Positions 41,443 to 51,872 of a stretch of DNA of 64,000 nucleotides are shown in pieces. The notes below the pieces were generated by a model that was not told the origin of the DNA, searched no databases, and saw nothing but the letters and a program-made list of their open reading frames with translations. The stretch's first letter is position 1. Every line of letters begins with the position of its first letter. This DNA comes from Bdellovibrionales bacterium. GTDB lineage: Bacteria; Bdellovibrionota; Bdellovibrionia; Bdellovibrionales; UBA1609. The translations under genes were made by a program, and so were the position numbers. The stretch is from the NCBI GenBank assembly GCA_965200875.1, contig OZ241456.1, positions 1,376,001-1,440,000 of the forward strand, read 5' to 3'.

Positions 41443-42261
41443 ATAACCTCCTCTTTTTAATAAACTTCTTTCTATGGCCAACTGCTCAACTCTTTTCCAT
41501 AATTCAACACTCACTCCACCCGCTGACTTCAAATAATCCACTGCACTTAATATCAAATCCTCTCGCTTTCCCGAAAAAACTGAAAACGCAGACACAAACT
41601 CCAACAACTCCGGCACACTCTTCTTTAAAAACCATATCTTGCTTAACAATGCTAATGCTCCACGGCTTTGAATGTTTGGATCCTTTAAAGCTTTTTGAAC
41701 TTGTGGATCATGGGTGTCCAACAACTTTAACTTGTAATCTAACATACTTTTACGAAAGGAAACAGGAATTTTATTAAAAAACAGTCCAAAAATGGCTTCC
41801 TGAAAAGAAATAGGCCAGCTCCAAGGCTTTTTTCCATGATAAAACACAATGGGAATAACAGCTATAATGTTGTCTGACTTCCGTTCATAGAGAAGAGTCT
41901 GATAGGATAACACCTGCCGGAAGAGATTTTTATTGTAAGAGGACTTGTGTTCCAGAAGGATACAGAACTGAAACTTGGCAGAAGGGTTGTCTTTAAGAGC
42001 GACTGTAAAAACTAAGTCTGCCCTTTTATCTTTTAAACTGTCTTTTTCCACTTTTAAAGTATCCCAGTCGCAGGCTGAAAATTCTTCTGGAGATAAGACC
42101 AGTTTAAAGATCTCTTTGGCAAATGCAATTTCTGAAAAAAATCTTTTAAAGAATCTATCGTGCAAGTTATCCAAAGTTTTGCCTGTAGACACTGCTATTA
42201 TTTTTTTCGCCTTTGATTTTTTCAATAATTTTTTTTGCACTTTAACTGTTTGTTTCGTCAT
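41143..42261 (-). CDS. Rpn family recombination-promoting nuclease / putative transposase (PD-(D/E)XK)
   Basis: HDRFFK, ADLVF, LLEHKS, PIVFYHG motifs; C-terminal G(M/R)Q(E/K)G repeats and TGLSEEEI. Confidence 0.93.
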   Translation of the reverse strand: MTKQTVKVQKKLLKKSKAKKIIAVSTGKTLDNLHDRFFKRFFSEIAFAKEIFKLVLSPEEFSACDWDTLKVEKDSLKDKRADLVFTVALKDNPSAKFQFCILLEHKSSYNKNLFRQVLSYQTLLYERKSDNIIAVIPIVFYHGKKPWSWPISFQEAIFGLFFNKIPVSFRKSMLDYKLKLLDTHDPQVQKALKDPNIQSRGALALLSKIWFLKKSVPELLEFVSAFSVFSGKREDLILSAVDYLKSAGGVSVELWKRVEQLAIERSLLKRGGYMDIREEIKLVGIQEGMQKGLREGMQKGIQEGMQKGRQEGLQEGMQEGMQKGRQEGRQEGHQEGRQEVVLNMLKSKLKLSFISEMTGLSEEEIKKLKNNS

Positions 42262-42418
42262 GGCAGTCTCCTTGTTTAAAAGTTATTGATTTTTCTTTAT
42301 GCAAAATCGGGAGCGTTTAAAACAAGCTATTTAAAGGGTTTTGAGGGAGTAAAGATTCGAGATTCGAATTTTGCCGAATATAATGCTTTATTATTTATTC
42401 AGTCTTGAATAAGTCCAG

Positions 42419-42560
42419 TTAGTGAGAGTATGCTCTTTACCTATACTTCACCGCTCAGGTTCAAAAAAGCTATATTTGCAGACACAACTAAAAGACGCGT
42501 GCGTGGCACAAAACGCATGCCCCCCGATCGGTGAAGTATCGGTAAGAGTATGTCCACTAA
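42419..42560 (+). repeat. Palindromic repeat, family 2, copy 3 (complete, about 32-bp inverted arms)
   Basis: ttagtg...ctctttacctatacttcaccg / cggtgaagtatcggtaagagtatgtccactaa enclosing gacgcgtgcgtggcacaaaacgcatg. Confidence 0.8.
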
Positions 42561-42596
42561 AAGGAGTGCTCAAAATCGCCAAATTTCAGTGCTTGA

Positions 42597-43112
42597 TTAA
42601 CGACAAAGTTTAAATTTTAACTGCATCTTTGTAATGAGCTGTATTGCCATTTTTTCGTGAATTTTACACATTTTCAACTCATCTTTACGATGAGTTCTTT
42701 GGCTTGCAGTCAAAGAACCTGTTTCCAGTTCCATTTCATAGTCCAATTTATTGGATCTGATAACTTCCAACTCTTTGGATTGTTGTTTAAAAAGTTTATT
42801 CACCTTATACAAAGGAGCTACATCCAACCAGTCTTTTTTTGCTTTGTACCATACCAACTTCTTTTTAAACCGAGACTTGTTTTTAGCCAAGACGAAAGAG
42901 GGGTACTGCGACTCATCTACATCTAATATATTTTTGATTTTATCCAAATGGGCAATTTCCTCATCTTCCATAATGGAAGAAAAAGTACCGACCGATGATG
43001 AGGTTACCTTATCCACAGATGGGGTTACCTTATTACCTACAGATGGGGTTACTTTACTTGCCTGAGACGATTGATTTGACTGTGACGATACAGGGTTGAC
43101 AGAAACGCTCAC
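42597..43112 (-). CDS. Hypothetical protein with Ser-rich N-terminus
   Basis: GTG start after a strong SD (aggaggag); KVTPSV repeats; helical C-terminus. Confidence 0.7.
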   Translation of the reverse strand: MSVSVNPVSSQSNQSSQASKVTPSVGNKVTPSVDKVTSSSVGTFSSIMEDEEIAHLDKIKNILDVDESQYPSFVLAKNKSRFKKKLVWYKAKKDWLDVAPLYKVNKLFKQQSKELEVIRSNKLDYEMELETGSLTASQRTHRKDELKMCKIHEKMAIQLITKMQLKFKLCR

Positions 43113-43347
43113 TTTTCTCCTCCTTTTATTATTATTTATTTTTTATATTGATTTTATAATAAGAAATGCCTTCCAAATTTGTTTATAAGGTTGAGTTTAA
43201 CAAATATTTATTTTTTTGTCAAATTTGGTACAATTTTGGAAGATTACCCACTAGTTCATCCAGAAAACGCTCTGTTATCCGCGATACACTTCCTTAAAAC
43301 TCGGTAATATTCAGATTCGTTAATGACGCTAAGCGTAAGTTAAGGAA

Positions 43348-43430
43348 TCCCCCGAAAAAGTATGTTATTTTTTGAAGGTTTTATAAAAAAGTCAAGTGAT
43401 AACAGTATGTTAATAGCTGTTTTCGGGCGA
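43348..43430 (+). mobile_element. Short family-1-related element E
   Basis: Begins cccgaaaaagtatgttatttt and ends ttttcgggcga, matching both ends of copy A. Confidence 0.55.
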
Positions 43431-43442
43431 GCAGACATAAGT

Positions 43443-43516
43443 GGCCACGTAGCTCAGCTGGATAGAGCAAGAGTTTCCTAAACTCTAGGTCACAGGTTCA
43501 AATCCTGTCGTGGTCA
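43443..43516 (+). tRNA. tRNA-Arg (CCT)
   Basis: Cloverleaf GGCCACG...CGTGGTC-A; anticodon arm AGAGT-TTCCTAA-ACTCT; GGTTCAAATCC T-loop; CCA not encoded. Confidence 0.95.
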
Positions 43517-43540
43517 TAGATCAAACAAACACAGCGGTTT

Positions 43541-43963
43541 TTATTCTTTTGTCTCTTGTTGACTGGCCGGCATTCTTTGATCCTGCGAAACATGATTCAT
43601 TATACTTTCTATACTTTGCTGATTTTTATCACACTGAACCAGTATATGAGAAACATCTTTTTCCATCTGAATAAGCTTTGAGAGTGGCATTGCCTTTTTA
43701 TCTTTCACAAGCTGTTTTACTTCTCTTTCCAGTCGTTTTGCCTCTGCCCATAAAAGCTGATTCTCTTTCAGGATACGTTCTTGCTCCAATGGTGTCAGTC
43801 TGCCTTTTGCTTTTAACTGCTTTCGTTCTTCTGTCAAACGGTTAATATGTTCTGCCAAACTTTCCAATTGTGACATTAACAGTTTCACCTTCATGCTTTT
43901 ACTGGAAGTGGCACTGGAAATCTTGGAAACACCACTCACACCACTAGGAAAACCACCAGCCAT
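43541..43963 (-). CDS. Hypothetical coiled-coil protein with Ser/Gly-rich N-terminus
   Basis: ATG at 43963 (MAGGF) after ggtgg; heptad-rich body. Confidence 0.65.
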   Translation of the reverse strand: MAGGFPSGVSGVSKISSATSSKSMKVKLLMSQLESLAEHINRLTEERKQLKAKGRLTPLEQERILKENQLLWAEAKRLEREVKQLVKDKKAMPLSKLIQMEKDVSHILVQCDKNQQSIESIMNHVSQDQRMPASQQETKE

Positions 43964-44210
43964 AAAAATACCACCAAAGATAAATGTATAACTCGCAAAG
44001 CCCATACAAAAAGTCAGAAAAACCAAATTGATAATCTTCATAATACCCACTGATCGGCCAATTATTGATAAAAATTAAATTTAATCGAACTTGTCTCTAA
44101 AATAAAGCCTTTAAGGTTGAAAAGAAGAACCTCCAAGGCTTCTATACCTGTCACAAACAGTCAAAAAAAGTAAATTTGAAGTTTCCTGAAAAACAGTATA
44201 TAATCAGTCA

Positions 44211-44300
44211 AGCGTGGAAAAGTATGTTTTTTTGACTGGATTCCCCCGTTTTCACGGGACTGAAAAGCCAACAACTTGGCTTTCAGTTTCAAAGAGGAAA
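44211..44300 (+). mobile_element. MITE-like repeat, family 1, partial copy D
   Basis: cgtggaaaagtatgtttttttgactggattcccccgttttcacgggactgaaaagccaacaacttggctttcag matches the reverse complement of copy B, including its extra hairpin. Confidence 0.72.
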
Positions 44301-44373
44301 CCCATAAACCGGCAAGCATTGGTGTATGGAACAAAACAAGTGCTGGAAAATTCAATCTTGTGGAGTATAAAAT

Positions 44374-44808
44374 ATGAATCCATTTATTCTGATAAAAGAA
44401 AGCGAAACAGGAATCGAGCGATTGCTTTTAAATACTGCAACAATTGGAGAATATGATAATGAAGGATTTAAATTATCACGTGACAATGTGTGTTCAGCAC
44501 TTTGGCCGGTTCATAAGAAAGGATGTCCTATAGAACTCATAAAGCAGATCGCAAAGGATCTGCCTGACATCGTAAACACAATACTTACTATGGAAAATTC
44601 CCATAGATGTATTGTGGAATTAGGTCGAGCTTATTCTATATGGATTGAAACCAAAGAAAAAAGCAAAACCATACAGCTTTCTGTTTTGAAAGAACTTTCC
44701 CCGGGTGAATCTCAAACATTAAAAGATAAAGCGCAGTATTTTAGTCAAACTGGAGAAGGCGATACCATAGCTGGGGCTTTTGAAGCTTATAAAAACTCCC
44801 TTCATTAA
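44374..44808 (+). CDS. Hypothetical protein
   Basis: 144-aa ORF with SD-like ggag upstream; no recognised domain. Confidence 0.6.
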   Translation: MNPFILIKESETGIERLLLNTATIGEYDNEGFKLSRDNVCSALWPVHKKGCPIELIKQIAKDLPDIVNTILTMENSHRCIVELGRAYSIWIETKEKSKTIQLSVLKELSPGESQTLKDKAQYFSQTGEGDTIAGAFEAYKNSLH

Positions 44809-44825
44809 GAAATACAGGTTGATTT

Positions 44826-45398
44826 TTATTGATTTTCTTCGATCAGGTGTGTGATTTCAGTTTTCCATTTTTCAGAGTTCCATTTTTGAGGCCCGATGAT
44901 TTTTTTATATAAATTTCCAGCTTTGTTTAAAATGTAAGTTTCAGGAAAAGCTCGAACATTGAAATGGGCTAGCATTTGATTTCTTCCCATATTGGAAGGA
45001 ATCAAATTGGAATGAAAATCAGGAAACGCCATTAAAAAATTTTTTATATCATCTGTTTTTTCATTGGATATAGCCAGAATAATCAATTCTTCTGGAAAAT
45101 ATCCCGCTAACTTGTTTAACGAGGGTAACTCTTCAATACAAGGGGCACACCAAGTAGCCCAGAAGTTGATCAGAATCACTTTATTTTTAAAAGAAGAAAG
45201 TAAAATGGGTTTTGTGTTAAGATCATACACTGTGATCTCTGAGTCTTCTTTTCCTATGTTTTGGTTTTTTTGAATATGTGCCGGCAGATCATGTTTTTTT
45301 TGATAATATTGATAAATAAAAACAGCACCAATAAGAGCAATACAGCAGATACTGGTGATTCCTATAATAAGCCGATGAAATAAGCGTGGGTTTTTCAC
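44826..45398 (-). CDS. TlpA/ResA-like membrane-anchored thiol-disulfide oxidoreductase
   Basis: N-terminal TM helix, NFWATWCAPCIEELP, cis-Pro FPETY. Confidence 0.93.
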   Translation of the reverse strand: MKNPRLFHRLIIGITSICCIALIGAVFIYQYYQKKHDLPAHIQKNQNIGKEDSEITVYDLNTKPILLSSFKNKVILINFWATWCAPCIEELPSLNKLAGYFPEELIILAISNEKTDDIKNFLMAFPDFHSNLIPSNMGRNQMLAHFNVRAFPETYILNKAGNLYKKIIGPQKWNSEKWKTEITHLIEENQ

Positions 45399-45478
45399 GA
45401 ATAACTAACCTAACCAGTCGATCCTGAAAAAGTCCATTCAGATAAGTCAATCACTTGACATATTTCCCTAAAACCCGA

Positions 45479-46864
45479 CTAATGACCTTCATGAACAACT
45501 GTTTTTACCTCTGCCACGGAAATAGCTGGCAATGTTCGAATATACAGCAGGAATAAAGTGAAAAACATTCCAAAGCTTCCAATTAGTGCTCCAAAATCAA
45601 AAAAAGTCAAATCAAACATTCCCCAGTTGGCTGGCAAAAAGTCCCTATGTAAAGAGGTAACTACAATCACATATCTTTCAAACCACATGCCAATATTAAC
45701 AAAAATGGAAACAATAAACATGGTGATAATACTTCTGCGCGCTTTTTTAAACCAGAATATCTGAGGAATAAAAACATTACAGCTCACCATAATCCAGTAA
45801 GACCACCAATAAGGTCCCATTGCCCTATTTAAAAAAACATACTGCTCAAAACTGGAACCAGAGTACCAAGCGATAAAAAACTCAGAACCATAAGCATAAC
45901 CCACCATCATTCCCGTAAGCATAATAATCTTATTCATGGCTTCCATGTGGTTGATGGTCACATAATCCTTAAAACGAGGAACAAATCGCCGTACCAGACA
46001 CATTAAAGTTACCACCATCCCAAATCCGGAAAAAATAGCTCCCGCCACAAAATAAGGCGGGAAGATAGTGGTGTGCCAGCCTGGAAGACTGGCGGTGGCA
46101 AAGTCAAAAGACACAATACTGTGAACAGACAACACTAGAGGGGTGGATAAAGCCGCGAGCAACATATAAGTCATTTCGTAGTGACTCCAGTTACGGGCCG
46201 TCCCTCTCCAACCCATAGATAAAATGCCGTAAATATGACGACGGATCCCCTTAGATCTATCCCTTAAGGTGGCCATATCAGGCACCATCCCGATATACCA
46301 AAACACAATGGAAACAGTTGCGTAAGTGGAAACTGCGAACACATCCCACACCAAGGGGGAGCGAAAGTTCACCCATAAAGGCCCTCGCTGGTTGGGATAC
46401 GGCAAAAGCCAATAGGCCAACCAAGGCCGTCCTGTATGCAATAAAGGGAAAATACCGGCTGTCATCACTGCAAAAACTGTCATAGCTTCCGCAGTGCGGG
46501 CAATGGAAGTTCGCCACTTTTGGCGAAATAAAAACAAAATTGCAGAAATTAAAGTTCCGGCATGGCCGATGCCAATCCAAAACACAAAAGTAATAATATC
46601 CGTTCCCCAACCCACCGGATGATTTACACCCATAAGCCCCATACCCACGGCCACAATAGCTCCCATTACACAGATATAAAACAGAAACAAAGACTTTGCG
46701 CTTAAAAGAGCCACAAAGTACCCTTTGCCTGGTAGTTTTTCTGTCAGGGAACAAATATCGTTTGTAATATCTTTAAAAGTTTTTTTTCCGGTTATGAGAG
46801 TGGGTCTTTGAATTTGGTTATTCCCCCCTCCACTCTTTTCTACACTTGTAATTTCTTTTTTCAT
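45479..46864 (-). CDS. actC: Alternative complex III subunit ActC (NrfD/PsrC family)
   Basis: [40 protein letters not shown] and GMWFER motifs. Confidence 0.92.
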   Translation of the reverse strand: MKKEITSVEKSGGGNNQIQRPTLITGKKTFKDITNDICSLTEKLPGKGYFVALLSAKSLFLFYICVMGAIVAVGMGLMGVNHPVGWGTDIITFVFWIGIGHAGTLISAILFLFRQKWRTSIARTAEAMTVFAVMTAGIFPLLHTGRPWLAYWLLPYPNQRGPLWVNFRSPLVWDVFAVSTYATVSIVFWYIGMVPDMATLRDRSKGIRRHIYGILSMGWRGTARNWSHYEMTYMLLAALSTPLVLSVHSIVSFDFATASLPGWHTTIFPPYFVAGAIFSGFGMVVTLMCLVRRFVPRFKDYVTINHMEAMNKIIMLTGMMVGYAYGSEFFIAWYSGSSFEQYVFLNRAMGPYWWSYWIMVSCNVFIPQIFWFKKARRSIITMFIVSIFVNIGMWFERYVIVVTSLHRDFLPANWGMFDLTFFDFGALIGSFGMFFTLFLLYIRTLPAISVAEVKTVVHEGH

Positions 46865-46900
46865 TTTTATGAATTTAACCCTGTAATTTATCCATTAGTT

Positions 46901-49900
46901 TTACCCATGATGATGACCATCTCCTTCCCCAGAACTGGAATCATCTTTATTTCTCACCTTTACCTGATACCGCACCGCTGGCTGAGTGTTCAGCTCCTCC
47001 AACAGAGAATAGCTATCCTCTCTTGTAAATAAACGATATACCTCGGAGCTTTTGTCTTTCAGATCGCCAAACACAATAGCCCCTGTTGGACAGGACTGTT
47101 GGCAGGCGGTTTGAACATCTCCATCTTTTAACTCGCGGTTTTCCAGCTTGGCTTGGGCTTGTGCAGAACGAATACGATGCAAACAAAAAGTGCATTTTTC
47201 CATCACCCCTCTGGATCGCACGGTTACATCAGGATTCATGGCCATGTTCAAAGGTTTTTCCACTTTCCGGGCATAGTTAAACCAGTTAAATCTCCTCACT
47301 TTATAAGGGCAATTATTGGCACAATAACGAGTGCCCACACAACGATTGTAAATCATATCGTTAGTCCCCTCATCGCTATGCACTGTGGCGGCCACAGGAC
47401 AAACTGTTTCACAAGGAGCATTGTCACAATGCATGCACACTACAGGCTGGTGTAAAGTCTCAGGTGATTTCGGGTCACCCTTGTAGTAACGATCCACCCT
47501 TATCCAGTGCATTTCTCTTCCCTGCAGAACCAAATCCTTTCCAACATTTGGAATGTTGTTTTCGGATTGACAAGCAACCACACAAGCAGAACAACCTGTG
47601 CAGGAGTTGAGATCAATTACCATTCCCCACTTATGTTTTGGATACTGATGAGAAGACCAAAGACTGAACATTTTATGACGATGAATGGCCCCACCGGGAT
47701 TTTTTAAATATTTTTTTAAAGTGGTCTCCACTATAATCTGCCGACCCTCCATAGAATGATGCCCCTGCGTGTTGGCCAGAGAAACTTTTTTTGAAGTGGA
47801 TTCAATACGAGTGGACGAAGAATGAAAAATCATTTGACCATCCACAGATATTTCCGCCAAAGGCCAAGCACTCACTCCTACTCGGTTTGCCACTTTACCC
47901 GCGCGCTCTCTTCCATACCCTAAAGCCAAAGCCAACACTCCATCGGCCTGCCCGGGCTGAATATGCACCGGCACTGATATCACTTTTTCCGCTGAATTTC
48001 CTGCCAGCTTTTCCTTTTCAGATATGTCCTTCATATCCTCCGAAGTTTGCTTAAAAGCCACACTAGCACTTTCTCGTTTTTTTAAAATCCCACGGCTCTT
48101 AATGACTTTCACTACTTGCCCTTCTTTCCAATTTCTTTTACGCGCATCTGAAGGGGAAACACATAAATAATTATCCCAGCAAATTTTTGTAACAGGATCG
48201 GGAAATTCCTGAAGCCAAGAAACATTGGCCAAAGCACCGTCCTTTAAGCCACTGGTGGAGTAAAGCAAAAGCTCGTACTCTCCTTTTTTATCGTGCTCAG
48301 CCTCAGAAGAAGGAACAATAGCGGAAAGCGCGGAAGAATTAAAAGAACGTGCCGGAAACCGGCTTTCTCTTTGTTCAGGCTTCTCAATATATACGCCGGT
48401 TTTAAGAAAGTTATTCCAGGAAAAACCAACTTTTGTATTGGTACTCATATTTTTCTTTAAATATTCATACCATGATTTTTCTTCAAATTTTTTTACTGAT
48501 TTTGTCTTCTCCGCTAACAACCCAACCCATTTGATAAGCGTGTCTTCAAAAGCCCGCGTACGATATAAAGGACGAATAGTGGGTTGTTGAACACTCAGTG
48601 TCCCTTTTTGAAACTCCCAATCAGACCATTTTTCCAAATCATGATGATCCGGTAAAATATAATGTGCCCAGCGACCTGTTTCGTCTTCCCTGTCTCCTGT
48701 GTAAATGATCAACTTGGCTTTTTGAATGGCAGACTTCAAACGCTCCTTATCAGGATAAGTATAGAGGGGGTTTGTTCTATGTATAATCAAGGTGTCTGTT
48801 TTTTCCTGTTCCAAATTTTTAATAAGCTCCTCTATGTTTCTATTTGCCCAAGACCAAGAGTTATAGCTATGTCGATAATCCACCGTATAACCATCATTTC
48901 CCAAAAGGTGGTTCAACCATGAAACAGCTATTTGCAAACTTTTGGAATCACGCCCACCTTGTTGATCTCCCGCTAGGACAAGGCTTTGCCCTTTATTCTC
49001 CCAAAGAGCCTGTATCAGCTGATCCCAACTTTTTTTGTCAATATGAAAAGCCTTATAAGGAGCTGAAGGCACTTTGAGGTGAGAAGGCCATTTTCCTTTC
49101 ACGAAACCTTTTTGTATTAAATCGTGAGTAAGAGACAATACTAAGTCCAGCTGTTCAGAAGGTTTAATCCTAAATCGCCAATCTGCGTTTGTCCCGGTTA
49201 AGGAAAGCAAAGACTCAAACACTATCAGCCGGTTCATGTCTCTGTTGGCTTTCCGGCCTTTGCTATATAAATGATTAAACTCCGTAGGGTAAAGCCATGT
49301 TCCTAAAAAGTCACAGTTGATACTCAAAATCAGCTGAGCGCGATCCAGAGCGAATCGCGGGACCAGTGCCTTGCCGTAACAAAGTTTTTGCGCTGATTCC
49401 ATAGTGGAATGATTTAAAGGATTCCACACAAAGTGTGAACAGGAAGTTTTTTTGCAAAATTCTTTCAGCAAATGCTCTGAAGAGGGAGAAGGCCACTCCC
49501 CAGTTAAAAGAGCGGTTTTTTTCTCCGATTTGTTTTTTTGTAAATGTTTAATGATTTCCGTATCTGCCGAGAGGTACTGGGCACGAATTTTTTCTCTATT
49601 GCTTTTTTTATCATTAAATAAGTTTTGTTGAGGATCTTTTAGTCTTTCCGGATCGTATAAACTCAGTATATGTGAATGCGCACGAGCAGAAAGTCCACCT
49701 TTATTCACCGGATGCTCTTTATTTCCCTCAATTTTAATGGGCCTTCCTTCACGGGTTTTAACCAAAATACCAAAACCCTCCTCCCCATCATAGTAAGAAG
49801 ATGAGTAAAGGCTGTCTTTACCGAGGCTCACATCTTCAGGGCGTTTAATGTAAGGCACAATCTTTTCCGTTGGTCGGCGCACACAACCAAAGCTTGCCAA

Positions 49901-50089
49901 GGCCATTCCAGCCGCCATTAACTGTAAAAACTCCCTTCTTTCCCAAAGATCTAACCCTTCCTTTTCTGAAGGAACAGGATGAAGAAACTCTTTATCAGAA
50001 CCTGCCAATTTTTGAAAGTTTTTGTCTTGACTCCACTGCTCCAAGCTTAGCCAGTACTGTGTATTGGATTTTTTTTGTTCTTTTTTCAT
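46901..50089 (-). CDS. actB: Alternative complex III subunit ActB (molybdopterin-oxidoreductase-like + 4Fe-4S)
   Basis: YWLSL...RREFL TAT-variant leader, GRPIKIEGN, C-terminal CTGCSACVVAC, CVGTRYC and EKCTFC clusters. Confidence 0.92.
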   Translation of the reverse strand: MKKEQKKSNTQYWLSLEQWSQDKNFQKLAGSDKEFLHPVPSEKEGLDLWERREFLQLMAAGMALASFGCVRRPTEKIVPYIKRPEDVSLGKDSLYSSSYYDGEEGFGILVKTREGRPIKIEGNKEHPVNKGGLSARAHSHILSLYDPERLKDPQQNLFNDKKSNREKIRAQYLSADTEIIKHLQKNKSEKKTALLTGEWPSPSSEHLLKEFCKKTSCSHFVWNPLNHSTMESAQKLCYGKALVPRFALDRAQLILSINCDFLGTWLYPTEFNHLYSKGRKANRDMNRLIVFESLLSLTGTNADWRFRIKPSEQLDLVLSLTHDLIQKGFVKGKWPSHLKVPSAPYKAFHIDKKSWDQLIQALWENKGQSLVLAGDQQGGRDSKSLQIAVSWLNHLLGNDGYTVDYRHSYNSWSWANRNIEELIKNLEQEKTDTLIIHRTNPLYTYPDKERLKSAIQKAKLIIYTGDREDETGRWAHYILPDHHDLEKWSDWEFQKGTLSVQQPTIRPLYRTRAFEDTLIKWVGLLAEKTKSVKKFEEKSWYEYLKKNMSTNTKVGFSWNNFLKTGVYIEKPEQRESRFPARSFNSSALSAIVPSSEAEHDKKGEYELLLYSTSGLKDGALANVSWLQEFPDPVTKICWDNYLCVSPSDARKRNWKEGQVVKVIKSRGILKKRESASVAFKQTSEDMKDISEKEKLAGNSAEKVISVPVHIQPGQADGVLALALGYGRERAGKVANRVGVSAWPLAEISVDGQMIFHSSSTRIESTSKKVSLANTQGHHSMEGRQIIVETTLKKYLKNPGGAIHRHKMFSLWSSHQYPKHKWGMVIDLNSCTGCSACVVACQSENNIPNVGKDLVLQGREMHWIRVDRYYKGDPKSPETLHQPVVCMHCDNAPCETVCPVAATVHSDEGTNDMIYNRCVGTRYCANNCPYKVRRFNWFNYARKVEKPLNMAMNPDVTVRSRGVMEKCTFCLHRIRSAQAQAKLENRELKDGDVQTACQQSCPTGAIVFGDLKDKSSEVYRLFTREDSYSLLEELNTQPAVRYQVKVRNKDDSSSGEGDGHHHG

Positions 50090-50135
50090 GTTGTTTCCTT
50101 TTTGCTATCTTTATCACAGATAGTCGGATAATCAA

Positions 50136-50234
50136 GGACTTCTTCACAGGCCACGGCTTAAAAGGCTTGGTTAAGTAAGCCCCGAGCCAGATATGATATT
50201 GGACTTCTTCACAGGCCACGGCTTAAAAGGCTTG
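50136..50234. repeat. Perfect 34-bp direct repeat separated by 31 bp
   Basis: ggacttcttcacaggccacggcttaaaaggcttg at 50136-50169 and 50201-50234. Confidence 0.95.
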
Positions 50235-50255
50235 AAAATCATCCAAAAAATCATC

Positions 50256-51758
50256 TTAATCCAGCAAACCAATGGATTTTTTTTTCAAAGGAACATGGGC
50301 CTGCACATTAAGCTGAGCCACTTCTTCCGCAGAAAGCTCTGGCAGTCTCTGAACCAAAGAAAGAAAACGGACTTTTTCCTTTTCCTCTATGGTGGCCTTA
50401 CTGCTTAGTTCCATAAATTTTTGAATATAGTTCTCTCTTTTAAAAGGTTTGTCTCCAGCAGGGTGGGCATTTGCTCTTCTCTTCTCTGCCGTCAATTTTG
50501 ACCCATCTTTAAAAATAATTTCCACTCTGCCTCCAAAACTTTTTTTTGTTGGATCAGGGTGATGATAAAGCTCTGTCCATTTTTTATCTTCACGGGTTTT
50601 GATTTTACGCCAAAGCCGTATAGTTTCAGGCCGGGTGGCTCTTTCAAAGGTATAAGAGTGAATATGATGCCACTTTCCGTCTTCTAGAGCCACAGCAAAG
50701 ATATAGGTGATACTGTGATCCAAAGTTTCCCGGCTGGCTTTGGGATCTTGTTTTTCTGGATCTCCAGAACCAGTGCCAATCACATAATGAGTGTGATGGG
50801 AAGTATGAATAATAATCTGCTGAATGGATTCCCGATCTTTTATTTTTTTATTTATTTCAAAAGCCAGATCAATTAAAGCTTGGGACTGATATTCTGCAGA
50901 ATGTTCTTTGGTATAAGATTCCAAAATCGCTTTTTTTTCTTCTCCTTTTTCCGGAAGATTAATTTCATATTCTGCTAAAGCTCCATCTAAAAATTGCGCG
51001 ATTACAGAGTCTTCTCCTTCATAAATTGGTGAAGGGGATTTTTCTCCCCGGAGCGCGCGATCTACCGCCTCTATGGCGAGCTTACCAGCATGAGCCGGGG
51101 CGTAGGCTTTCCATGAAGAGATAGTACCCTTTCGAGATTGACGGCTGGTAAAGCTCACATGAACTGCCTGGTTAATGGCTTGGTAGAGAGTATTTGTATC
51201 CATAGACAACAACGCACCCACTCCCCCCACTTGTGCCGGGCACAAGTGCGCTATATGATCCACCTTGTGTTTATGCAGGCATATTGCTTTTACCAAGGCA
51301 ATATGAATTTCATAAGAGGAAACAATACCTTTTAGAAGTTGCTGGCCATTGAGGAACTTTTGTTGAGCCACGGCCAATACAGGAGGAATGTTGTCCGCCG
51401 GATGAGCATAGTCTTTTGCTAAAAAAGTGTCATGGAAATCCAGCTCCCGAACAGCTGTTCCGTTGGCCCAAGCACACCAATTAGCGAAAAATTTTTGTTT
51501 ATTGAAGCAACCAAAAATCAAACCCCCTTGATGATGAGGATGCACCATCGCCTGATCTCTTGCGTGTTGAACAGGTGCTCTTTCCAGACTGGCTGTGGCC
51601 ACAGCCGAGTTGTCAATCATGCGATTGATGACCATATCACATACTTCTGGTGAAACAGGTGCGGAATCAAGAGCACATTCTGCCAGTTTCCAAGCCAAAT
51701 GATCTTCTTTTTTTAAATAAGTTTTTGCCGGACAAACCCGTACAATATGTTTTTTCAC
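50256..51758 (-). CDS. prpD: 2-methylcitrate dehydratase (MmgE/PrpD family)
   Basis: NGTAVRELDFHDTFLA, HPADNI, SSWKA and RETLDHS motifs. Confidence 0.92.
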   Translation of the reverse strand: MKKHIVRVCPAKTYLKKEDHLAWKLAECALDSAPVSPEVCDMVINRMIDNSAVATASLERAPVQHARDQAMVHPHHQGGLIFGCFNKQKFFANWCAWANGTAVRELDFHDTFLAKDYAHPADNIPPVLAVAQQKFLNGQQLLKGIVSSYEIHIALVKAICLHKHKVDHIAHLCPAQVGGVGALLSMDTNTLYQAINQAVHVSFTSRQSRKGTISSWKAYAPAHAGKLAIEAVDRALRGEKSPSPIYEGEDSVIAQFLDGALAEYEINLPEKGEEKKAILESYTKEHSAEYQSQALIDLAFEINKKIKDRESIQQIIIHTSHHTHYVIGTGSGDPEKQDPKASRETLDHSITYIFAVALEDGKWHHIHSYTFERATRPETIRLWRKIKTREDKKWTELYHHPDPTKKSFGGRVEIIFKDGSKLTAEKRRANAHPAGDKPFKRENYIQKFMELSSKATIEEKEKVRFLSLVQRLPELSAEEVAQLNVQAHVPLKKKSIGLLD

Positions 51759-51872
51759 ATCTGAATTATACTCACATAGTTTAAGTTTTCAAGTGTTATA
51801 TCTGAAGGAATGTTTGATTCTTTTATTGCTTGTTATTGCTTGTACGAAGAATATTGTTTTATACTTCAAGGT

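Noticed and set aside
43443..43516. tRNA-Arg as the integration site of the accessory block
   Set aside because: No integrase and no duplicated tRNA 3' end found in the window.
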